From: a bacterium
GTDB lineage: Bacteria; Caldisericota; JANLFM01
DNA: 44,731 bases
Assembly (NCBI GenBank): GCA_037131855.1
Contig: JBAXQG010000001.1
Location: 1-44,731 of the forward strand
Reading direction: 5' to 3'
The translations under genes and the position numbers were made by a program. Shown here in pieces: positions 1-8,892 of this stretch (its first letter is position 1; each line of letters begins with the position of its first letter). The notes under the pieces were generated by a model. That model was given only the letters and a program-made list of their open reading frames with translations. It had not been told where the DNA came from and did not search any database.

Positions 1-344
1 GGATCCTCCACCTGCCCCTCCACTTCGATTTTGTCATGGGGGTTCCAGGTGGAATTACGGCCACCGTCCGCGATCTAATCTATCTAGTGGAAAGCATTCC
101 CGATGGCTGCACCTGGACAGTAGCTGGGATCGGCCGGGCAGAACTGCAACTGGCTGCCGTGGCCATCGTGATGGGGGGAAACGTCCGCTGCGGTTTCGAG
201 GACAATATTTTCTACCGCAAGGGCGAGCTGGCTGCTAGCAATGGGCAGCTTGTAGAGCGGATCGCCAGGCTTTCGAGGGAACTAGGACGCGAGGTGGCTG
301 AACCGGACGAGGCTCGAACCATCTTGGGGATTGCTAAAAGATAG
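1..344 (+). CDS. BKACE/DUF849-family beta-keto acid cleavage enzyme (3-keto-5-aminohexanoate cleavage enzyme-like), C-terminal fragment; the 5' end is outside the window
   Basis: The ORF is open from the window edge (first full codon at nt 3) to TAG 342-344. The translation ...HFDFVMGVPGG...GGNVRCGFEDNIFYRKGELAASNGQLVERI... matches the conserved C-terminal segment of BKACE enzymes. Confidence 0.8.
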   Translation, partial: ILHLPLHFDFVMGVPGGITATVRDLIYLVESIPDGCTWTVAGIGRAELQLAAVAIVMGGNVRCGFEDNIFYRKGELAASNGQLVERIARLSRELGREVAEPDEARTILGIAKR

Positions 345-375
345 CCAGGGCTGTCAGCGAGGACCAATCGAACAA

Positions 376-1017
376 ATGGGAATGATCAATTATCGAGCGA
401 TGACATTGGACAGCTTTCTAATAGAGCTCTCCTCGCGTTCAGCGACGCCCGGAGGGGGAGCGGCAGCTGGTTTGGTTGCTGCCATGGGCGCCAGCCTTGC
501 GGCAATGGTGGCGGCCCTCAGCCAAGGCCCCCGCTTTACTTCTGTAGAGAACAGAATGAAGGAATTGGAAGCGCGTTTACTGCAGAGCCGCGATCGCTGT
601 TTGATCTTTGCCGACCAGGATTCCATCGCTTTCCAGCATTGGATGGCAGCCGCTCGGATTTCTTCTTGTGATCCGGCTGCTCGCGAGGAAGGCCTTCGAG
701 CGGCAATGGAGGAATCTTGCCGTGTACCGATAGCCTTGGGAGAAGATGTCGTCAGTCTGCAAGACGCACTGGTTGCCTTGCAAGAATACGGCAACGTCCG
801 TGTCCTCAGTGATGTCGGAGCTGCCCTTGCCTTGTTGACCGCTGCCTTGGAGATTTCCATTCTTACCCTTCGCATCAATCAACGAGAGATTGCTGACCTT
901 GGTCTTCGAGAAGAGCTTGCTAAATCTATCGCGTCATTTGATCGTGCCTGCGCCCAGATGCGGGAACGGGAATCACAAATCCGATCACGATTGGAAGGAG
1001 AGCTTAGAAATGAATGA
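376..1017 (+). CDS. cyclodeaminase/cyclohydrolase-domain protein (FTCD C-terminal domain family)
   Basis: The family-typical Gly/Ala-rich signature SATPGGGAAAGLVAAMGASLAAMVA lies near the N-terminus of an all-helical ~213-aa protein. ATG 376 (or 382) follows GAGGA at 359-363. The longest ORF starts at TTG 331. Confidence 0.8.
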   Translation: MGMINYRAMTLDSFLIELSSRSATPGGGAAAGLVAAMGASLAAMVAALSQGPRFTSVENRMKELEARLLQSRDRCLIFADQDSIAFQHWMAAARISSCDPAAREEGLRAAMEESCRVPIALGEDVVSLQDALVALQEYGNVRVLSDVGAALALLTAALEISILTLRINQREIADLGLREELAKSIASFDRACAQMRERESQIRSRLEGELRNE

Positions 1018-2191
1018 GGTCTGGATCTGTTCTGCCAAGCGGACTGCGATTGGAGCCTTCATGGGGAGTTTGAAAGATGTTTCCGCGGTTGACCTCGGCG
1101 TTGTCGTCAGCAAGGCCATTCTGGCAGAGACCGGAGTACCGCCGGCCCGGATTGGCGAGCTGATCGTAGGTTGCGTGCTGCAGGCCGGGCAGGGTATGAA
1201 TCCAGCTCGGCAAGTAGCTCTCCTGGCAGGTTTGCCTGTAGAATCGACAGCTTTGACGGTGAATCGCGTGTGTGGTTCGGGCCTACAGGCTATTGTTAAT
1301 GGCGCCCAGCAGATTCTTCTCAAAGAGGCTGATCTGGTCCTCGCAGGGGGCATCGAGAATATGAGCCGAGCGCCGTATCTCCTCCCCAAGGCCCGAGCCG
1401 GCTTGCGGCTGGGCCATGAGACCATTGTCGATGGGATCATCACAGATGGTCTATGGGATGTTTTCAGCGATGAACACATGGGCATTACCGCGGAAAATCT
1501 AGCTGCAAAATATGCGATCAGTCGACAGGAGCAAGATGATTTCGCCCTGTCCAGTCAGCAAAAAGCCGGCCAAGCCATTCGCGAGGGACGATTCCAAGAG
1601 GAAATTGTTCCCGTATTTGTCCCTCAAGGGAAAGGCGAACCGCTCTCCTTTCAAGTGGACGAGTATGTGCGCATGGACGCGAGCCTGGAAAAGCTAGCCC
1701 GGCTTCGACCCGCTTTTCGGAAAGATGGCACAGTAACGGCTGGAAACTCCTCTGGCATTAATGATGGCGCCGCCTTCGTCTTGTTGGCTTCTCGAGAATG
1801 CGCAAAAGAGCTGGGCCTGAGACCCCTAGCAGTGATCCGCAGTTGGGCAGTAGCAGGCGTGGAACCCAAAGAGATGGGCTTAGGGCCAGTGCCAGCGACG
1901 CGGAAAGCATTGGCAAAAGCCGGAGTGTCATTGGATCATGTCGAGTTGTTGGAATTGAATGAAGCCTTTGCCGCCCAGTCTCTGGCGGTCCTAAGAGAGC
2001 TTCAGGCGGTCCCCGAGCGCGTCAACCCCAATGGAGGAGCGATTGCCCTGGGCCATCCGATTGGCGCCTCAGGGGCGCGCATCCTAGTCACTTTGTTGCA
2101 TGAAATGGCGCATCGCCAAGTAGCTACCGGTTTAGCCGCCCTTTGTATCGGCGGAGGCCAGGGGATTGCCCTCCTAGCGGAACGGGTGTAG
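1010..2191 (+). CDS. acetyl-CoA C-acetyltransferase (thiolase II)
   Basis: 393 aa with thiolase motifs VNRVCGSGLQA (nucleophilic Cys), NPNGGAIALGHPIGASGARI and C-terminal ALCIGGGQGIA. ATG 1010 overlaps the preceding stop by 8 nt. Confidence 0.95.
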   Translation: MNEVWICSAKRTAIGAFMGSLKDVSAVDLGVVVSKAILAETGVPPARIGELIVGCVLQAGQGMNPARQVALLAGLPVESTALTVNRVCGSGLQAIVNGAQQILLKEADLVLAGGIENMSRAPYLLPKARAGLRLGHETIVDGIITDGLWDVFSDEHMGITAENLAAKYAISRQEQDDFALSSQQKAGQAIREGRFQEEIVPVFVPQGKGEPLSFQVDEYVRMDASLEKLARLRPAFRKDGTVTAGNSSGINDGAAFVLLASRECAKELGLRPLAVIRSWAVAGVEPKEMGLGPVPATRKALAKAGVSLDHVELLELNEAFAAQSLAVLRELQAVPERVNPNGGAIALGHPIGASGARILVTLLHEMAHRQVATGLAALCIGGGQGIALLAERV

Positions 2192-2194
2192 AAT
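2166..2194 (+). promoter_or_regulatory. candidate sigma-70/SigA-type promoter for the tal-rho... gene chain
   Basis: TTGCCC (2166-2171), a 17-nt spacer, then TAGAAT (2189-2194), which overlaps the thiolase stop codon. It sits ahead of the only real gap (84 nt) before tal. Confidence 0.3.
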
Positions 2195-2275
2195 AAAGCT
2201 AAATAAGATAGGGGATAGGTAGATCCCGCAAGAAGTGATTCGCATCCGATACAAGCCCACAATTTTTGGAGGATC

Positions 2276-2938
2276 ATGATGCAACTGTTTCTAGACACCG
2301 CCAACCTTGATGAGATCCGTGAAGCTGTTAGCTGGGGTGTCATCTCTGGAGTGACGACCAACCCGACCTTGATGGCAAAAGAGCAAATCTCCTATCAGGA
2401 CAGGGTGATCGAGATTTGCCAGACCGTGCAGGGACCAGTCTCGGTGGAGGTTCTGGCACAAGATGCTGCTTCAATGGTTCGAGAAGCCCGCGAGTTCTCC
2501 ACTTGGGCGCCTAATGTGGTGGTCAAGATTCCGATGACAAAGGATGGTTTGAAAGCGGTTAAGGACTTGGCTGCCGCTGGAATTCATACCAATATGACAT
2601 TGGTTTTCAGCCTCAATCAAGCCTTGCTCGCCGCTTTGGCTGGGGCTTCTTACGTAAGCCCCTTCGTCGGCCGTCTCGATGATATCGGGCACGACGGCAT
2701 GGCTTTGGTGGAACAGATCGCCGCGCTCTTCGAAAGCTACGATTTTCCCACCCTGGTGATCGCCGCCTCTATCCGACATCCACTCCATGTGACGCAAGCA
2801 GCCCAAGCCGGCGCCCACATTGCCACCATCCCCTTCAGCGTCTTGAAAGGAATGCTGCAGCACCCGCTTACTGATGCGGGGGTAAAGCGATTCCTGGAGG
2901 ATTGGCAGAAGGTTGCACCTAGTTTGGAGAAGAAGTAA
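2276..2938 (+). CDS. tal: transaldolase (short ~220-aa Tal/fructose-6-phosphate aldolase type)
   Basis: [32 protein letters not shown]... and VVKIPMT (Schiff-base Lys context). GGAGGA RBS at 2268-2273. Confidence 0.95.
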   Translation: MMQLFLDTANLDEIREAVSWGVISGVTTNPTLMAKEQISYQDRVIEICQTVQGPVSVEVLAQDAASMVREAREFSTWAPNVVVKIPMTKDGLKAVKDLAAAGIHTNMTLVFSLNQALLAALAGASYVSPFVGRLDDIGHDGMALVEQIAALFESYDFPTLVIAASIRHPLHVTQAAQAGAHIATIPFSVLKGMLQHPLTDAGVKRFLEDWQKVAPSLEKK

Positions 2939-4447
2939 ATGCCAAAGTACACATTGGAAGAACTGAACGAAAAGAAAGCCCTCGAATTGCAACGCATGGC
3001 CAGCGAAAAAGGCATTCCCTACTATAACCGCTACAAGAAGGTTGAGCTGGCCCAGCTCCTTTTCGAGCGGATGCTCCAGGAAGAACCGCCCCCGCCGGCG
3101 CCGCCCCCGCTAGCCCCGAAACCGATCGCCAAGCCTGCCGACAATCGAGAACCTCGTGATCGCTTGGAAGTTCGTGAAGACACAAATCGGAACGATGCCA
3201 GAGACTATCGGGATCACCCCGAGATTCGTGAAGTCCGGGAAAGAACAGAACCGCGGGAGGGGCGGGATCGGCAAGAGCCGCGGGAGACAAAAGAAGCAGT
3301 GCGCGAAGAGAAGACCGCGGTGAAGGAGGAACCTGTCCGTGGCGACCTGGTGGCAGGAGTTTTGGAAATCCATGAAGAAGGGTATGGTTTCCTGCGCTCC
3401 CACTACGTCCCTTCTCCCACTGATATCTACGTCTCCCCTTCTCAGATAAAAAGGTTCAGTCTGCGCGATGGCGACATGATTACCGGGTGGGTGCGCCAGC
3501 CGATGGAAAAAGAGAAGTACCTAGCCCTATTGCGCGTCAAGGAAGTCAACGGGTTGGATCCAGAGGTATCCCGCAACCGCCCACTCTTTGAAAGTTTGAC
3601 CCCGATCTTCCCAAACAAGCGCCTTCGCCTGGAGACTACCCCCTTCGAATATTCCACACGTCTCATTGATCTTGTCTCACCCTTGGGGCGTGGACAGCGA
3701 GGGATGATCGTCTCCCCGCCGAAGGCCGGGAAGACCACCATCCTGAAGAAGACAGCCCAGGCGATAACCCGCAATTACCCGGACGTGGCCGTGTTGGTTC
3801 TGCTGGTCGACGAGCGGCCCGAGGAAGTGACCGACTTCAAGCGTTCCACCAGCGCCGAAGTAGTCGCTTCGACCTTCGATATGCTGCCGGAGAATCACAT
3901 TCGCGTGGCTCGTTTAGTATTGGAGAAAGCCAAGCGCTCGGTGGAGCAGGGCAAGGATGTCGTCATTCTGCTGGATGGAATCACTCGATTGACTCGAGCT
4001 TATAACGCAGTGATGCCTCCTTCCGGTCGCACCCTTTCCGGGGGTTTAGATCCAGTGGCAATCCATGGGCCGAAGAGCTTCTTCGGCGCTGCCCGCAACA
4101 TTGAGGAAGGGGGCAGCCTGACCATCCTCGCCACCGCTTTGGTGGAGACCGGGTCCAAGATGGACGAGGTGATCTTTGAGGAGTTCAAGGGAACGGGTAA
4201 TTTCGAACTGGTTCTGGACCGCAAGATCTTCGAGCGTCGCGTCTTTCCCGCTTTGGACATCAAGCGCTCCGGAACGCGTCGCGAAGAGCTCCTCTATAAC
4301 GAGGACGAATTGCGCAAGATCTGGAACATCCGCCGGGCGCTCTCAGCCTTGGAGTCCGGGGAAGCGCTGGAGAAATTGCTGGATCTGTTGACCAAAACCA
4401 AGTCAAACGCCGAATTCCTTCGGTACATCGGGAGCGAAGAGATATAG
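2939..4447 (+). CDS. rho: transcription termination factor Rho with a ~90-aa N-terminal insertion domain
   Basis: Has the N-terminal Rho_N helix bundle, the OB-fold segment [15 protein letters not shown], Walker A PPKAGKT, and the C-terminal RecA-like core through ...[20 protein letters not shown] follows directly after the tal TAA. Confidence 0.95.
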   Translation: MPKYTLEELNEKKALELQRMASEKGIPYYNRYKKVELAQLLFERMLQEEPPPPAPPPLAPKPIAKPADNREPRDRLEVREDTNRNDARDYRDHPEIREVRERTEPREGRDRQEPRETKEAVREEKTAVKEEPVRGDLVAGVLEIHEEGYGFLRSHYVPSPTDIYVSPSQIKRFSLRDGDMITGWVRQPMEKEKYLALLRVKEVNGLDPEVSRNRPLFESLTPIFPNKRLRLETTPFEYSTRLIDLVSPLGRGQRGMIVSPPKAGKTTILKKTAQAITRNYPDVAVLVLLVDERPEEVTDFKRSTSAEVVASTFDMLPENHIRVARLVLEKAKRSVEQGKDVVILLDGITRLTRAYNAVMPPSGRTLSGGLDPVAIHGPKSFFGAARNIEEGGSLTILATALVETGSKMDEVIFEEFKGTGNFELVLDRKIFERRVFPALDIKRSGTRREELLYNEDELRKIWNIRRALSALESGEALEKLLDLLTKTKSNAEFLRYIGSEEI

Positions 4448-5581
4448 ATGAAGCTGGAATTGCTTGCCTGGACGCCACAGCCGGAGAGAACATGCGCTGT
4501 CGCGGCCAGGCTTTGCACCAGTCGAGGCTCCCTTCAGTCGATAGGGCAAGGATTGAGCGAGGAACGAGTTAAGAGCCTTATTAACCGCGTCTTGCGAAAT
4601 GGTCACCTCTCCATCCTCGAACACGCCAGCTTCACCTTTGTCGCCAGCGGCCTTTCACGCGTCTGCAGCCACCAATTGGTACGGCATCGCTTGGCCTCTT
4701 TCGCCCAGCAAAGTCAACGTTATCTTCCCATCCAGGACGGGAAGCCCATGATCCCTCCCAGCGTGCGCCGTCACGATCAAGCCCGGCGACTGTTTGAGGA
4801 GGCTTGCGCTTCGGCGCAGGACCGCTACGACCAGTTGCTGCGCCTGGGCATCCCGCCGGAAGACGCCCGCTATGCGTTGCCGCAGGCTTCCTCCACACAG
4901 ATCTTTTTCACGATGAATGCCCGTGAATTGCATCATTTTTTAGGGATGCGCTGCTGCCAGAAGGCGCAATGGGAAATTCGCGGCTTGGCTTGGCTGGTCC
5001 GCAAGCACTTGCTGGGCGTTGCTCCTGGTTTGTTTGGCGAGTCAGGCCCCGCCTGCTTTGCTGGAGACTGTCCCGAGCAGGATTACGCTTGCTGGCGGGA
5101 GAAATCAGCTTTCTTCCAAAGTTCTTATCACTCGTTTCGAGAGCTCGCAGAGGGGTTTGGTTTGACCTTGGAGGAACAGCGTCTACCTGCAGCTGGTTTA
5201 TACCCTTCCGCAACGGCCAAGATGCTTGGCTGCCAGGAGGAAGCGCTGCTTCGCCCGCTGTTGATCGAGGATCGAGACCGGTGGGCTCTATTGCTCTCTG
5301 CAAAACCAGAAGAAGCTGTAACGAAAATCAACGCGCGGGCACACGAAGTATGGCGGCCTGCATCTGGGACTCGATACCGCAAGCTAGGCATCTCTTTTCT
5401 CGCTTGCCCCTGGCTATTTACAAAAGGCGAGGAAGGGGCTACTGCTTTCTGGGATAGCCGCTTGGACTGCCAGGACAGACTTGCTTTCAGTATGGCTTCG
5501 CCGTGGCGTTTCGCCACCCTGCCACCCCGGTGCGTCCAGGAAACAATGATTCGCGGCGGATACTTGATCGAGAAGGTGTAG
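4448..5581 (+). CDS. thyX: FAD-dependent thymidylate synthase ThyX with a ~160-aa C-terminal extension of unknown function
   Basis: ThyX signature [14 protein letters not shown], plus ILEHASFTF and [13 protein letters not shown]. The ThyX core ends near aa 218, but the ORF continues to aa 377. ATG abuts the rho TAG. Confidence 0.9.
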   Translation: MKLELLAWTPQPERTCAVAARLCTSRGSLQSIGQGLSEERVKSLINRVLRNGHLSILEHASFTFVASGLSRVCSHQLVRHRLASFAQQSQRYLPIQDGKPMIPPSVRRHDQARRLFEEACASAQDRYDQLLRLGIPPEDARYALPQASSTQIFFTMNARELHHFLGMRCCQKAQWEIRGLAWLVRKHLLGVAPGLFGESGPACFAGDCPEQDYACWREKSAFFQSSYHSFRELAEGFGLTLEEQRLPAAGLYPSATAKMLGCQEEALLRPLLIEDRDRWALLLSAKPEEAVTKINARAHEVWRPASGTRYRKLGISFLACPWLFTKGEEGATAFWDSRLDCQDRLAFSMASPWRFATLPPRCVQETMIRGGYLIEKV

Positions 5582-5586
5582 ACAAG

Positions 5587-6210
5587 ATGGAACGAAGGAA
5601 TCAGGGCTCTTTGGAAGTGATCTGTGGCAGTATGTTCTCCGGCAAGAGCGAGGAGTTGATTCGCCGTGTCAAGCGAGCGCGCATCGCCCGGCAAAATGTG
5701 ATCGTTTTCAAGCCAGCCATAGACAGCCGGTTCAGCCACAGCGAAGTCGTCTCTCATGCGGGCGTTACGACCCAGGCTCTCAACCTGCAGCACCCTGAGC
5801 AGATCTACGCGCATCTCCAGGGCGATACACAAGTGTTGGCCATCGATGAAGCGCAATTCTTCCCCGAGTCGCTGGTTCAGGTCTGCCAGTCGCTAGCTGA
5901 CCGCGGCTTGCGGGTAATCGTGGCCGGCCTGGATACCGATTTTCGCGGTTTGCCTTTTGGACCGATCCCGTCTTTGTTAGCCGTGGCTGAGAAAATAGAC
6001 AAGCTCCAAGCTATCTGTGTGATTTGCGGCGAAGTGGCTTCGCGTACTCAGCGGGTGATCAACGGTCAACCGGCGTCTTTCGAGGATCCTGTCATCATGA
6101 TCGGTGCGGCCGAGAAATACGAAGCGCGTTGCCGCCATTGCCACGAGGTTCCACTCTCGCGCCAAGCGAAAGAGCCTAGTGCGGCTGAACTTGGGAAGGA
6201 GACTGATTGA
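5587..6210 (+). CDS. tdk: thymidine kinase
   Basis: P-loop [19 protein letters not shown], and zinc-ribbon cysteines CVICG...CRHCH. ATG 5587 lies 5 nt after the thyX stop. Confidence 0.95.
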   Translation: MERRNQGSLEVICGSMFSGKSEELIRRVKRARIARQNVIVFKPAIDSRFSHSEVVSHAGVTTQALNLQHPEQIYAHLQGDTQVLAIDEAQFFPESLVQVCQSLADRGLRVIVAGLDTDFRGLPFGPIPSLLAVAEKIDKLQAICVICGEVASRTQRVINGQPASFEDPVIMIGAAEKYEARCRHCHEVPLSRQAKEPSAAELGKETD

Positions 6211-7214
6211 TCCTCTCCTCGAGTTCAAAGAAGAACCCGCAGCAACGCGTACCGAGGCAGGCGCCACAAATCCTGGTGGGCGGACAAGCTGTCTGGGAAG
6301 GGGTGATGATGCGCAGCCCCCAAGGAACAGCCATGGCCGTGCGCCAACCAAGCGGGACCGTCCTGGTGCAGAATCTCTCCTTTCCATCCCTAGCCAACGT
6401 GGCGCCGGTTTTTCGCTGGCCGATCTTGCGAGGCATTGCCGCGCTGTGGGATTCCCTGGTTCTCGGCATCAAAGTGCTGAACCTCTCTTTGGCTCTTGGC
6501 TCGAAACCAGAGGAGAAACTGAGCAAGGGGCAGGCTGCTTTTTCCCTGGCTTTGGCCCTTGGATTGGTCGTACTGCTTTTCTTCGTAGCTCCTTTTTTTC
6601 TTTCCCGCATGCTTTCCGCATGGCTTTCCCCCCGCCTGCTGGCGGTCGTGGAGGGGGTTCTCCGGTTGGGCATTTTCTTCGCCTACCTGTGGCTCATCTC
6701 CTTAATTCCCGAGGTGAAACGCGTTCTGTATCAATATCACGGCGCGGAGCATAAGGTTGTCCATACTTTTGAACATGGAGAGCCATTGACGGTGGAAAAT
6801 GCCCGCAGGTTCTCCACGTTGCACCCTCGCTGCAGCACAAGTTTTTTACTGGTCGTGCTGATCGTCAGCTTTGTCCTTTTTGTCTTCCTCGATTTTCCTA
6901 ACTCATGGGCTCGGTTTGCCTCCCGCATACTCTTCCTTCCCTTGATTGCCGGTTTTTCCTACGAGCTGATCCGCCTCTTCACCCTTTACCCGCATTCTAT
7001 TTTCACGCGAGTGGTCATTGCTCCGGGTTTAGCCACCCAGAAGCTGACCACAGCAGAGCCTTCTTCGGCCCAGTTGGAAGTGGCCATCGCCGCGTTGAAA
7101 GCATCCTTGGGCTTGTCTTCGAGCGAAGAGAATGGTCCGACACCGAAGGAAGAGCACGATCCGCCACCGAAGAAAGAGAACGATCCACTTTCGATGGAGG
7201 TGATCGAAAGATGA
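6207..7214 (+). CDS. DUF1385-family membrane protein (commonly found next to prfA)
   Basis: N-terminal [15 protein letters not shown], central [10 protein letters not shown], and several hydrophobic helices. TTG 6207 overlaps the tdk stop by 4 nt. Confidence 0.85.
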   Translation: MILSSSSKKNPQQRVPRQAPQILVGGQAVWEGVMMRSPQGTAMAVRQPSGTVLVQNLSFPSLANVAPVFRWPILRGIAALWDSLVLGIKVLNLSLALGSKPEEKLSKGQAAFSLALALGLVVLLFFVAPFFLSRMLSAWLSPRLLAVVEGVLRLGIFFAYLWLISLIPEVKRVLYQYHGAEHKVVHTFEHGEPLTVENARRFSTLHPRCSTSFLLVVLIVSFVLFVFLDFPNSWARFASRILFLPLIAGFSYELIRLFTLYPHSIFTRVVIAPGLATQKLTTAEPSSAQLEVAIAALKASLGLSSSEENGPTPKEEHDPPPKKENDPLSMEVIER

Positions 7215-8290
7215 ACCTGCTGGAGAAACGGGAATCCTACCAGGTGCGCAAGGAGGAATTGGAGAGACAGCTCCTCGAGCCATCCGTCCAGGTCGATCAA
7301 GTCCAGTTGCAGAGTATTTCCATTGCCTATCGCGAGGTGTCTTTTGTCTTGCGAGCACTCCAGGAGTTGGAAGAAATCGCATTGCAGGTCAAACAAGTCG
7401 AACAATTGCACAACGAGTCGGAAGAGATCGAAATGCGCGAATTGGCAGATCAGGAAATGGTCCGGCTTCAGGCAAGGGAAGCCCAACTGCAGAGAGACCT
7501 GCGGACCCTTCTGGTGCCCCGCGATCCCAATGATGAGCGCAATGTCATCATGGAGATCCGGGGAGCGGCGGGGGGCGAAGAGGCTGCCCTCTTTGCCGCT
7601 CAACTCTTTCGAATGTACGCCAACTATGCAGAGAAGCGGAAGTGGAAAATCGAGGTGCTCTCCTCCAACCCAACGGATCTTGGTGGTTTCAAAGAGATCA
7701 TCTTTGAGATCAAAGGGAAGGACGCCTTCTCTCGCTTGAAGTTCGAGGGTGGAGCCCACCGCGTTCAGCGTGTCCCGGCCACTGAATCATCAGGCCGGCT
7801 GCATACTTCGACAGCCACTGTAGCAGTGCTTCCGGAAGCGGAAGAGGTGGATGTGAATATCAACCCGGACGATCTGCGCATAGACGTCTATCGTTCATCC
7901 GGGCATGGCGGACAATGCGTCCAGAAGACCGATTCAGCGGTGCGAATCACCCATTTCCCCTCCGGTTTGGTGGTTACCTGCCAAGATGAGCGCTCTCAGC
8001 TTCAAAACAGGGAGAGGGCGATGACCATTCTTCGCTCTCGTCTCCTGGAGATCGCGCAACGGGAACAATCCAATCAGATCACTTCCTCTCGCCGTCTACA
8101 GGTCAAGTCCGGCGATCGCTCGGAGAAAATCCGCACCTATAATTTCCCCCAGAACCGGCTCACAGACCACCGTATCGGTTTGGATCTCTACAACTTGCCG
8201 GTGATCATGGAGGGGAACCTCGATGAATTAATGACCGCTTTGGAGTCTAAACATATAGAAGAGCGAATGGAGGAAGAGACATCGGCCTGA
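7211..8290 (+). CDS. prfA: peptide chain release factor 1
   Basis: 359 aa with the PAT tripeptide (RVPATES) specific to RF1 and the GGQ motif ([20 protein letters not shown]). ATGA overlap with the DUF1385 stop. Confidence 0.97.
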   Translation: MNLLEKRESYQVRKEELERQLLEPSVQVDQVQLQSISIAYREVSFVLRALQELEEIALQVKQVEQLHNESEEIEMRELADQEMVRLQAREAQLQRDLRTLLVPRDPNDERNVIMEIRGAAGGEEAALFAAQLFRMYANYAEKRKWKIEVLSSNPTDLGGFKEIIFEIKGKDAFSRLKFEGGAHRVQRVPATESSGRLHTSTATVAVLPEAEEVDVNINPDDLRIDVYRSSGHGGQCVQKTDSAVRITHFPSGLVVTCQDERSQLQNRERAMTILRSRLLEIAQREQSNQITSSRRLQVKSGDRSEKIRTYNFPQNRLTDHRIGLDLYNLPVIMEGNLDELMTALESKHIEERMEEETSA

Positions 8291-8892
8291 CGGAAATCCT
8301 GCTCGCCTACCTGGTAGGCTCGATCCCTTTCGGCTTGCTCGTCGGATGGTTGCGGAATATCGATCTGCGCCACCGGGGCAGTGGAAATATTGGCACTGTC
8401 AACGCCTACCGGGTTTTGGGCATCTTACCGGCAATCGGCATTTTTCTCCTTGATTTCGGCAAAGGCTTCCTCCCCACCTTTCTTTCCGCTCCCTTGGTGA
8501 CACCCGAGGTTCTTGCCTTGGTCGGATTAAGTACAGTGGTCGGGCACGACTATTCGATCTTCCTCGGGTTTCGTGGTGGAAAAGGCATCGCTACGACCGC
8601 AGGGGTGGCAGCTGCGCTGGATTGGCGTATTATTGCCGCGGCTGTAGCCATCTGGCTGGTGTGTGTCCTTCTCTCGCGCATTCCCTCAATCTCCTCCCTG
8701 GTTGCAACTTTCTCCCTGATCCCCTTTTTCTTGCTCTGGCAACCCAGCAACACCATGTTGGCCATCATCCTCTTCGGTTTGGCCCTGATTTCTCACCAGT
8801 CCAACTTAGAACGGCTGGCGCGTGGGGAAGAACGAGGGTTCAACACTGAATTGCCAACCCCTCGGAGAAGGCAACATGACCCGCCTCGTTGA
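8281..8892 (+). CDS. plsY: glycerol-3-phosphate acyltransferase PlsY; start codon uncertain (first canonical start is TTG 8335; ATC 8281 proposed)
   Basis: ...[18 protein letters not shown]...[18 protein letters not shown]...[18 protein letters not shown]. The conserved AYLxGSIPFG block (8305-8334) lies upstream of the first ATG/GTG/TTG. The frame opens after TAA 8248-8250. GGAGGA at 8269-8274 lies 6 nt before ATC 8281. Confidence 0.85.
   Translation: MGLTEILLAYLVGSIPFGLLVGWLRNIDLRHRGSGNIGTVNAYRVLGILPAIGIFLLDFGKGFLPTFLSAPLVTPEVLALVGLSTVVGHDYSIFLGFRGGKGIATTAGVAAALDWRIIAAAVAIWLVCVLLSRIPSISSLVATFSLIPFFLLWQPSNTMLAIILFGLALISHQSNLERLARGEERGFNTELPTPRRRQHDPPR

Noticed and set aside
1-6. A GGATCC (BamHI) site exactly at the window start.
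   Set aside because: It probably reflects a cloning or fragment boundary, or chance. Other GGATCC sites occur internally. It has no biological meaning for annotation.
5128-5856. 242-aa ORF on the minus strand spanning the thyX 3' end and the tdk 5' end.
   Set aside because: It is antisense to two motif-supported + strand genes, has no recognisable motif or RBS, and has an Arg/Ser/Ala-rich composition typical of shadow ORFs opposite GC3-rich genes. The same reasoning applies to the other long minus-strand ORFs: 390-878, 985-1485, 6986-7759, 15421-16167, 20459-20941, 34258-34761 and 43966-44364.
6104-6754. 216-aa + strand ORF in an alternative frame across the tdk/DUF1385 junction.
   Set aside because: It is a Gly/Arg/Pro-rich low-complexity translation fully overlapping the motif-supported DUF1385 gene. 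It is an off-frame artefact.
6905-7210. Long N-terminal extensions of ORFs in the supplied track (prfA from 6905, thiolase from 890, DUF503 from 16148, ribF from 18595, DUF951 from 26905, mfd from 36952, prs from 34827, tdk from 5503).
   Set aside because: The extensions read through the 3' ends of the preceding genes in another frame and lack family similarity. Internal starts were chosen where the conserved N-terminus begins, usually at an ATGA/TAATG-type junction or after an SD.
8281-8290. Programmed frameshift or read-through fusing prfA to plsY (and rbfA to nrnA at 17014-17045) as an explanation for the missing canonical starts.
   Set aside because: Both upstream proteins are full length at their stops. 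No slippery heptamer or stimulatory structure is visible. RF1-PlsY or RbfA-NrnA fusions make no biological sense. Near-cognate initiation or a sequencing error are simpler explanations.
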